Assembly (NCBI GenBank): GCA_030704615.1
Contig: CM060733.1
Location: 35,464,001 to 35,528,000 of the forward strand
Length of the DNA stretch: 64,000 nt
Direction: 5' to 3'
Source of the DNA: Takakia lepidozioides
Lineage: Eukaryota > Plantae > Bryophyta
Below the pieces are notes generated by a model. That model did no database searches, was not told where the DNA came from, and saw only the letters and a program-made list of their open reading frames with translations. The stretch's first letter is position 1; each line of letters opens with the position of its first letter. Shown here one piece after another: positions 50,607 through 60,800 of this stretch. Both the position numbers and the translations under genes were made by a program.

Positions 50607-53600
50607 TCAATGATTTCTGGAATCCCTAAGGAGGAGTTTGTGCAGCTCGTTCACGCTCAACGCCGGTGCATGAATAAAGTCATCAATAGTCACGTTCATC
50701 CTCAACCTCTTCAGGTAAATGTAATACAGATGCTTGCACGGATAATACTTCGAACCCTTCTTTGCTTCCATCAACGAGAAGTCCGTATAGTTGCAAGTCG
50801 GCTCCACTCCAATCGTAATTGTGTATACATCGTCGCGTACAGCCGAGCCGGCCGTTGCCATCCGATACACACGCCCAAGGCCGGGTGGGGGTACGTCCAC
50901 GGAGCTCTGAATAGTGCAAGCCATCCCAAGAGCATTGGCAATCCGAGTCTCATTCAACTTGTTGGGAGGGTGTCGTCTCTTCACTCTTCCGAATCGCATT
51001 GTGGGATGTGCAGAATTGTCCAATCCGTCTCTACTGGACCGAGCAGTATGCAATGGCTGGGTCTGAGGAACCGGAAATGCGTGGGCCGGGATGTCTGTGC
51101 GTTGCACCATTCGAAATCCTGCTGCAGATAGAGCATCCGCCTCATTCTGAGAGAGGCTGCAACCCGGTGCAACAGGCCAGACGCCCGGAGGCTCCGGCAT
51201 TCCCTGAATCCCGTACTTGGGCTTGCCAAATACACAGGTCATTATGTCGTGCCTACAGAACCAAAATGTCTGCGTTGTGGCGTGAGCAAATGTGGGAGTC
51301 AAAAATCTGCCGCTGAAACAAGGTGCAGGTACAGCACCGTGTGGGTTCCTCCGAATCATCTCACCACAGCGTGCTCTCGTATCCACCCGGATGGCGCAAC
51401 ACTTCCCTCGAAATGCCGGCAATGTCCTCGCAATTCTCCACTGTGACTCCGACACTCTTGTCTCCACAATGGGAATGTTGTATTGCTTTACTACAGATGG
51501 CTCGTTATGTTGCCGGGGCACGCGCCCTGTGCTCAAAGGAGATGGCGATCTTGAACGTGCAGGACTTCCGGTGCTCGACGAGACCTCCTCGGACAACATC
51601 ACCGGACCACGAGGGAGCGTGCGAATATTCTTGTCAGCTCGCCATGAATCCTCTTCTCCGCCAGGTGCCTCGTCAAGTCTTCGTCTCACTGGACGGGTAT
51701 GAACATCTCCTTCCAAATGTTGGCCTCTTCGCAGCAATGGCGTGTCCCGAAGGCCCTCTCGCAAGGCCGCCGCCCACTTCCGAGGATTCTTCGATCTGGA
51801 GGCAGTCCGCATCAGCATTTCCTGCCTGTCCGGCCCCAAGCCCCACTGTTTCCCTTTCAAGAACTCGTTGTACCTGCATTGCTGCATAATTGACCTCACA
51901 ATGTCCTCCGTTGTGGCAGTGAGGATGTCCACCAGATGCGCCGCAGAGGAGGCACGCCAGGAAGAGTGCACTGATTCGGCCATGTTTGTCGTGGGCATGT
52001 CGGTGTCGGAGTCGAGACACATTTCCTGCACAAGCACATGTTGAGGTTACAAGCAAGTTACAAATATGGCCAAGAATAATATCCAACGGGACGCGAATTC
52101 GTGCAACTCACCTCCCGCATATAGTCGCCGAACTGGAGGAAACGATAATGCCACCATGCTAGCCAACTGACCATTGCTCCTTCGTCTGATTTCCTTACAG
52201 CACCTGACGATGTCCACCAAGCCCGTATGCATGCAAACTGTGTCTCTGCATCATCCAAGGTGGGAGCGCGCTTCCACGCAAGGCACATGGAACGGTGCTC
52301 CTCTCTGAAATCTGGCGCCACGAGCCTGGTTGTGTACTGCGAAAGGCTCTGCAGAAAGTGGAACCCACAAGATCTCTCCTTGCCTTCCATGGGAACATTG
52401 GGGTCTTGCCCGTACACCCTTCGGATGGCAGCCCAATTTGCTTGTGCGTTGTCCGCCATGAAACCACGGAAATTGGGAGGGGGCAATCCCGCCTTGGCCA
52501 TCTGTTCGTTTATTCCCTGCCAAAGAAGCATCTCCGATTGTGTGTCCTCTCCTTTCATCTCACAAATAGCAATTGTCATTAGCATCCTGCAGTGGGTGTC
52601 GTAGACATGTGCACCCATTGTCACCCACTGGTGATTTGTAATTCGCTTGATATGGTCGAACATGACCCAACTGTTTGACAAGTTCCCACTCGTCATCCTG
52701 TCGACCAGTTCGACGCCACTGCCAGGTCCACACGTGGACATTTTGAATACGAAACAACGATCTGCCTCAGTCCCTTGTCCTGGAAACCTACTTCCATGAA
52801 TGTAGTCATATCCACATCGTCGCTTCACCTCCAGAATGGAGTGCATATCCGAGCCACGCCCAATTTTCTGTTTGCATGAGACAATGTGGTTTCGGACATT
52901 CGGTGAACATACGTGGGACACCGACTCTAGCAATGCCTCCATTTCCTTCTCGTCGAGAGGAACTCTATCCGAGCCGTCTTCCGACATAATTCTGGCCAAT
53001 GCCATCTTATGGGCGGCTTGGAGCTGTATCTGTTTGGGTTTGGCACCCGGTCTCAACTTAACCTCCTCCTGAACGAGCTGCTCTGCTTCGTGGGCAGCCT
53101 CCCGCGAGTTCCCCCTCGCCAATTTGTGACAATGGGAACCAACGTGTATGCAAGCTCGGGTGAGGTCAGGGAAACGGTGCAACACATAGAACTGCTTGGC
53201 ATTACAAACAGACATGCAGTGTGGTGGTTCTTTGCAATGCGCACACTTAAATGTGGAGTTCGGAACCTTCTCCTGAGCTCGAAATGGTTGGTGAGCTGTG
53301 CCTGTCCAATCGGTCTCGTTCCTGTGACCTCTGGATTTAAAGTGGAAGCAAGTTGGGGAGAAACACCGCAACGCGCCCGCACAAACAACGTAGCGCACCC
53401 GCACACCATCAAGCATCTTCATGCTGGTGGTTTTGGTAACGCACCAAGGATGACCGTCATGTTTTCTATCCATATCTGTCAACATTCCGGACGCCCTCGA
53501 GTAGTCCGCCCGAGGAGGGAACTCAAAGAAGATATTACCGTCGACGTCGGCGGGAAGGCATGTAACCGATTTAATTGCGAACTTGCTGTAGTCCAGCCCG

Positions 53601-54199
53601 GCCAGCTCCGACCGGTGTCCCTCCAGGTGAAGCCCTCGCAGAATTTCTAGAATAGATCGAACTGCGGTGCTCGTGCTGGGAATATGACTCCCTCCTCCAC
53701 TGACGTCCATTGAGGACTTGCCTGATCTCCAGGACGACCTCGGAACTTCCATGACCTCGTCTGAGTCGGACAGGTTGTGAACAACCCGGTTCTCGGTCGT
53801 CTTCATGGATGGGTTCGGCTCTGGATTTACTTCGTTGCGGACTTCTCTCTTTGAGGTACCCACTCTCTGATTCGCGGATTGTTTCGTGGAAGGCGCCAGG
53901 ATAGACGGTGCATTTGGCGGGCAAATGAAGTCCCCAACAGCCCTGTATATGACGTTGTCCGATGGTGGAACTCGCCATTCCCTGCCATCGCCGAAATCAT
54001 CGTGGAGCACAACAATACTCTCGACAACAAGGCCGTTTGAGTCCTTCCTTTCCTCCTCCAAAAAAACCGACCCCGGTTTCAGGTGGTATCGAACGCACAG
54101 ATATTTCTCCATCACCCGGCAGGTGTCCCCTCTGCACGGAAATGAAGCTCTATGCTCGTGAGGAGGGCAGTACACTGTAGCGCTCGGGTTTTCCGCCAT
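50607..54199 (-). CDS. MULE/Mutator-like transposase, apparently intact, ~1168 aa (exons 54199-52112 and 52025-50607)
   Basis: Both exons are open. The 86-bp GT-AG intron is phase 0 and the splice DYMRE|EMCLDSDTDMPTTN matches intronless family B (QWMREDMDVEADADMPTTN). D (MFDH), D (MADN), CxxH, E (TNMAES) and SWIM are present. Confidence 0.9.
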
Positions 54200-54494
54200 G
54201 GGAGATGTGCACACAAGACTGCCAGGATGGCGTGCGGGGAAGCTCCCTGGTAGAAGGGGGTGCAGCGATGGGAATGAATGCGATGCCGATTTGTCCGAGC
54301 GACGAAGCCTGATCCAAATCCAGGGAGCCAACTATCTCAAAAATCCACAGTCAGAGTGTTAATGAACCTTGTCTCCGGAATGCGGCCCCTCGTCTTTGCG
54401 CAATAACTGCCAACGGTATGCAGTCAGAAAGTGGGGGGCCGTCCGGATGATGACGGCTGAAGGGGATAAGCCGGCACCGTGCCGTCACATTACT

Positions 54495-57400
54495 ACCCCC
54501 GAATGGAAATTCGGCACCCAACATCCAACAGAGGAAGCCCGGATGAAGTCGCCTCGGGCGCAGAGGCCGGAGTGTGTGCGACAGAGAACATCCCCTGGAT
54601 GGAGATTGGCGCCGAATTTCCATCCGGTCCCCCCAAATGGAGTCGTGTCGGGGGGTCAGGCCGAAAACTGGACGGCATAAAAACATCCCCAGATGGAAAA
54701 ACGGCGCCGAATTTCCATCCGGGGCGATTCGGATGCAGTCGGGGAGGGGGGAGTGGCCTGCAGTTGGCTGTCACATTTCAACCCCCGGACGGAAATTCGG
54801 CAACGAATATCGAACAGGGGACGCCCGGATGAAGTCGCCTGGGGCACAGAGGCCGGCCAGTGTGCGACAGAGAACATCCCCTGGACGGACATTCGGCGCC
54901 GAATTTCCATCCGGGCCCCCCCAAAGGAAGTGTTGTCGGGGGGTCAGAGCGAAAACTGGCCGACATAAAAACCTCCACAGATGGGAAAACGGCGCCGAAT
55001 TTCAATTCGGGGCCGTTCCAATGCAGTCGGGGAGGGGGAGAGGTCGGAACCTGGCAGTCATATTTCAACCCCCGGGACGGAAATTCGGCACCGAATATCC
55101 AACAGAGCGGCGGAGAGGCGGCACCTCTCCGACAGAGACCATCCCCCGGATGGAGATTCGGCGCCGAATTTCCATCCAGCAGGTAAGTGGAATCTCGGAT
55201 GGATGGAGATTCGGCGCCGAATTTCCATCCTGCAGGTAATTCGAATCCCGGACGAATGGAGATTCGGCGCCGAATTTCCATCCAGCAGGTAAGTGGAATC
55301 TCGGATGGATGGAGATTCGGCGCCGAATTTCCATCCTGCAGGTAATTCGAATCCCGGACGAATGGAAATTCGGCGCCGAATTTCCATCCAGCAGGTAAGT
55401 GGAATCTCGGATGGATGGAGATTCGGCGCCGAATTTCCATCCTGCAGGTAATTCGAATCCCGGACGAATGGAAATTCGGCGCCGAATTTCCATCCAGCAG
55501 GTAAGTGGAACCTCGGATGGATGGAGATTCGGCGCCGAATTTCCATCCTGCAGGTAATTCGAATCCCTGCTGGATGGAGATTCGGCGCCGGATTTCCATC
55601 ATGCAGGTAATTCGAATCACGGATGAATGGAAATTCGGCGCCGAATTTCCATCCAGCAGGTAAGTCGAATCCCGAATAAATGGAAATCCGGCGCCGAATT
55701 TCCATCCAGCAGGTAAGTCGGATCAGGCCGTATGGATATTCGGCGCCGGATTTCCACTCGCCATTTATTTCTGAGCGAGGAATTACCTTCGTGCAGGTAA
55801 TTCCCATATAAGAATTACCTTCGTGCAGGTAATTCGCATATAAGAATTACCTTCGTGCAGGTAATTTCCAGATGACAATTACCTTCCTGCAGGTAATTCC
55901 AATCGATGTTTATTCCTCGTCCAGAATTACCTGCACAAAGGTAATTCTCATCTGGAAATTACCTGCATGAAGGTAATTCTTATATGGGAATTACCTGCAC
56001 GAAGGTAATTCCTCGCTCAGAAATAAATGCGAATGGAAATTCGGCGCCGAATATCCATATGGCACCGATCCGACTTACCTGCTGGATGGAAATTTGGCGC
56101 CGAATTTCCATTCATCCACGATTCGAATTACCTGCAGGATGGAAATTCGGCGCCGAATTACCTGCTTCAGGGAAATTTGGCGCACCGCCCTACCTGCGCG
56201 GATGGAAATTCGGCGCCGGATTTCCATCCGCGCGCTTCCGAATTACCTGCTCGAAGGAAATTTGGCGCACCGCCCTCCTGCGCGGATGGAAATTCGGCGC
56301 CGGATTTCCATCCGCGCGCATCCGAATTACCTGCTTGAAGGAAATTTGGCGCACCGACCTCCTGCGCGGATGGAAATTCGGCGCCGGATTTCCATCCGCG
56401 CGCTTCCGAATTACCTGCTGGAAGGAAATTTGGCGCACCGCCCTCCTGCGCGGATGGAAATTCGGCGCCGGATTTCCATCCGCGCGCTTCCGAATTACCT
56501 GCTGGAAGGAAATTTGGCGCACAGACCTACCTGCGCGGATGGAAATTCGGCGCCGGATTTCCATCCGCGCGCTTCCGAATTACCTGCTGGAAGGAAATTT
56601 GGCGCACCGCCCTCCTGCGCGGATGGAAATTCGGCGCCGGATTTCCATCCGCGCGCTTCCGAATTACCTGCTGGAAGGAAATTTGGCGCACAGACCTACC
56701 TGCGCGGATGGAAATTCGGCGCCGGATTTCCATCCGCGCGCTTCCGAATTACCTGCTGGAAGGAAATTTGGCGCACAGACCTACCTGCGCGGATGGAAAT
56801 TCGGCGCCGGATTTCCATCCGCGCGCTTCCGAATTACCTGCTGGAAGGAAATTTGGCGCACCGCCCTCCTGCGCGGATGGAAATTCGGCGCCGGATTTCC
56901 ATCCGCGCGCTTCCGAATTACCTGCTGGAAGGAAATTTGGCGCACAGACTACCTGCGCGGATGGAAATTCGGCGCCGGATTTCCATCCGCGCGCTTCCGA
57001 ATTACCTGCTTGAAGGAAATTTGGCGCACCGACCTCCTGCGCGGATGGAAATTCGGCGCCGGATTTCCATCCGCGCGCTTCCGAATTACCTGCTGGAAGG
57101 AATTTGGCGCACCGCCCTCCTGCGCGGATGGAAATTCGGCGCCGGATTTCCATCCGCGCGCTTCCGAATTACCTGCTGGAAGGAAATTTGGCGCACCGCC
57201 CTACCTGCGCGGATGGAAATTCGGCGCCGGATTTCCATCCGCGCGCTTCCGAATTACCTGCTGGAAGGAAATTTGGCGCACCGACCTACCTGCGCGGATG
57301 GAAATTCGGCGCCGGATTTCCATCCGCGCGCTTCCGAATTACCTGCTTGAAGGAAATTTGGCGCACCGCCCTCCTGCGCGGATGGAAATTCGGCGCCGGA

Positions 57401-57610
57401 TTTCCATCCGCGCGCTTCCGAATTACCTGCTGGAAGGAAATTTGGCGCACCGCCCTCCTGCGCGGATGGAAATTCGGCGCCGGATTTCCATCCGCGCGCA
57501 TCCGAATTACCTGCTTGAAGGAAATTTGACGCACCGCCCTCCTGCGCGGATGGAAATTCGGCGCCGGATTTCCATCCGCGCGCTTCCGAATTACCTGCGT
57601 GAGGGAAATT
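54495..57610. repeat. Intergenic palindrome arrays: ~285-bp units, ~54-bp units (~11), inverted centre, ~84-bp units (~17)
   Basis: Each 84-bp unit has the 38-bp near-perfect palindrome GCGCGGATGGAAATTCGGCGCCGGATTTCCATCCGCGC. A second motif AATTACCT...AGGTAATT also recurs. Confidence 0.95.
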
Positions 57611-57825
57611 CCGGGACTGTTTTCGTCGATTTTCTTCCGACATGGAGGGCTTCATCCGACATTTAATTGCGCAGTTGGGCAATAAATGTCGACGGCCGTC
57701 GGTTATTATTCGGGCTGGCGACGCATGGCTTCCTGGACACGTACCCTAAATCTCATGCTATACTTGGCTTAACATGGTATTCCAGGCATGTACCCCAAAA
57801 AAGGAGATCTTTTTGGCTGGGACTT

Positions 57826-60800
57826 ATGCCGCCTGAAGGGCGTGGCTCTCCTGAGAGAGACCTCAGATCCAGACCGCGGCGGAAGTTGAAAGCTCTGTAC
57901 TACGGACGACGGCCAATCTCTCGCATGGCCAAACTGAAGCTCCAGCAGGAGATTCCAGTGTCTTGCTCACAACCTGCGCCAACTGAAGCCGAGTACTCTC
58001 AGGCAAGCCACTTCTGCTTTCGGTTTGTTCGATTTCTTTTTTGCTTTCGCTTCGTTACCTCGCTTTGTTTCTGCATCTTCATCCTGGCTTTGCTGTATGA
58101 GTGAACTTTAGATAGTTGACTGAACCTTAGATTGTTTGCAATGCGTGTGCAAATCCGGCAGCTCTGGAGAAGGCTGCTTGTGCATGTCATTCTTAGGCAA
58201 TGGTTGCATTTGTTTTCATTGTTGTTGCATGGCTCTCCATACTTCCTAAACTTGTTATGTTTTCATTTTTGCTACATGATTGCTGCTATGGTGGTTGCGC
58301 TGCTGCTTTTTGCACCGCTGTTGGTGTTCACGATTTTTGTCAATCACAGAGTGACGACGAGCCCGGCACGCTGGTGGTATCATCGACAGCTCCAACTCAT
58401 CGCATGTTTGAATCGCCCAACTTGGGGCGAGAGGGCAAACTTAAATCTTTTGTTGGTGGACGGGAGGACTTGCAACGAGATTACGATAGAGTAGGCATTG
58501 GGGAGGTTGGTGCAGGCGGCATGGCAGGTGAAGGGCGTGAGGACATGAGGACAGCAGATCCGGCAATGGAGGTTGTTCATGCACATGCAGTAGGGCCCGC
58601 CCACGCAAAGAAAAAGAAGAAAGCTAAGCACATGCAATCCCCGGCGAGAGAGCAGTCACGGGCTGCGGAGGGGGGAGTGAGCAGTGCGCGCGAGGGTGTC
58701 AGTTCGCCTCAATCAAAGGTGGTCGTCCTGGAGGGCTCCCCTGTTGCTAGCCCTAGTAAGAAACAGAAAGCCCGTGAGAGGGCAAAAGAGAGGGCAAAAG
58801 AACAGACGAGACAGAATGCTAGCAAGGAGGAAAGACAAAAGGCAGCTGAAGAGGCCAGGGGTGCCCAAATGACAGATGCCAATGTAAGCGAGGGACACAC
58901 AGAGACGGTGGATCCCTACAAGACACCACAGAGAGGCAGTAGCACACCGGTTAGACCATCGCGGGCAAGTGCAGCCCCCGCAATTACCCATACGGTGGAG
59001 AGTGGAGGAGAGGAAAGAACACCTGAAAGAGCACCGATTGTGCAAGTTCGAGGTGAAGCCAGGGAGAGGGCAGTAGAGACGACGAGAGTGCTGGAGGTGG
59101 TTTCGCAGGTGGCTGACCCTGTTGAGGAGGACGACATGGATGTTTCTGACCAGGATGACATTCTCCCGGACATCCCCAGGCCCCAAACCCGGAGCATACA
59201 GGCTGGATTTGGCGGTCTTGGTGGGCTGCCGGAAAACCCCTCTGCAGCAGACGTCATGTCTGAGGCGGATATGAAGTTGGCCGCTGCCAAGATGTTGGAG
59301 GCAACCCACAGCAACATTGGCAGGGTGCTGGGGGGCATGGTGTACCCGGCCAAGCTTCGAATTCCCCTTTGCCGCTTGGTGTCATTGCAGGTGGTGAGAC
59401 CTGCCCTCCCAGGCGATATCGACAAGCTGAAATTCTCTTTCCGGGATGGATATCGAATGGGGTCTGCCGCCTTTTACGTTTCCATTGAGAACGACCACGG
59501 AGCTTCCCGTGCCCACACTTCCGATGAGGTGGACAAATGGGGTCCCCATTGGCAAACGCGAAATGAGGAGTTCGAGAGATCGATTGCTAGTGATCCTCTT
59601 TTCCAGCACATGTCCGGTAAGATGTTCTACGTGTGGGACGGCAATCATCGCCTCCTGGCATGGATGGAGCACATTGCCCAAGCCCACCCCAACGATCTCG
59701 ATTGGCATTTCGCCGTCGATTGTGTTGTGCTGAAGGTTGCGGGGCCCAAAGATCGCAGTCTTCTCAAAGCTGCAATGGCCGACATCAACTCGTAAGCTAC
59801 AACCCCTCTCGCTTTTGGACTTTGAATTTGGAAGTCATTTCATTGCGAATCCTCATATATGATGAAAATTCCCATTTCAGTATTGTTTGATGGAAATGTG
59901 GCACTGCAGGGTGACTGAGAATGCCTTCATTGCCACCAACTTGTCCCATATGCTCTTCCGAGTGAAGGATGTCGGGAAGCAGGGGGTGCAAGAGTTTGCC
60001 AATTCCCTCAGTGCCGACCTCCTGCGCAAGTCGGAGGCAAAGGCAGACAGAACCTGGTATAGGCTGAGCGTCGACGCCATGGTGGACTACATATTTCGGG
60101 TAAAGCTCCTGCAGTTTTGTTGAGCTAATTTGTCTCTCCTCCCCCAATAGAAGAAATTGTGTTGAGCAGGATCTCTAATCTTATGTGCGCCTTTTCGACA
60201 GACGAAAATACAGCAGGATTTGGCACATGCGCGGAGGTTCTACATGGAGTCAGAGGAGAAGAATCCAACCCTCCCGGAACTCGAATCGTATGTCAAAGCT
60301 GCGGAGGTGAGGGCCCGCATAAAGTACAAGTCGCGGATGGTAAAGTACGTGGCCATAGCTGATCCCGCCCTTGGTGCCGACTTTCTGGTGGAGGTGGGAA
60401 AGCACTACTCTCGCGCTCTGAAGCCCACGATGACATTGGAGAAGCTCCATCGTCTAGCCACATCCTGTGTGGATGCAACAGAAAAGGTGATACATTCTTA
60501 ACCAAATTGTGGTGGCAACAACTCCTTTTTGTGGTGTTTGGCGCTTACGAATATGCTGGGTGGTTGGACAGACCCGGTGGCTCCAAATCTGGAATGGTTC
60601 CCAAAGTACCAGGGACATGTGGAGCTTCCCCAAACCGGACAAACTCTCTGACCCCACATTCGACATGTGGATGAACCGCATGACATGGTGGTTTCAGGTA
60701 CTTCCCCACGCTTCGTTTGGGGCTTCTACTCTAGTAGGGGGTGGATTCATTGTATTTTTTGAGGAAAGCGATCTGATGGACAATCTCCACAGGTGACGAC

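Noticed and set aside
50607-54199. Zisupton/KDZ, CACTA or Helitron assignment
   Set aside because: SWIM also occurs in Zisupton, but the D...D-x-CxxH...TN-x-x-E pattern and G-starting ends fit MULE. No CACTA ends or Rep/helicase motifs were seen.
55150-57610. CRISPR array
   Set aside because: The palindromic repeats are separated by repeated rather than unique sequence. There are no cas genes and the context is eukaryotic.
55984-57666. 560-aa and overlapping ORFs (MEIRRRISI/WKFGAEFP repeats), also at 3547-5485, 9335-10071 and 61211-61868
   Set aside because: These are translation artefacts of stop-poor palindromic tandem repeats, open in several frames on both strands.
58200-58349. Hydrophobic N-terminus (signal or transmembrane segment) of the 531-aa ORF
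   Set aside because: This is T-rich intron sequence upstream of a probable acceptor at ~58349 and is absent from copy 1.
59330-59792. Host sulfiredoxin gene
   Set aside because: It lacks the catalytic FG/SGCHR cysteine (has DGNHR), is fused to an MTase-like region and sits within transposons.
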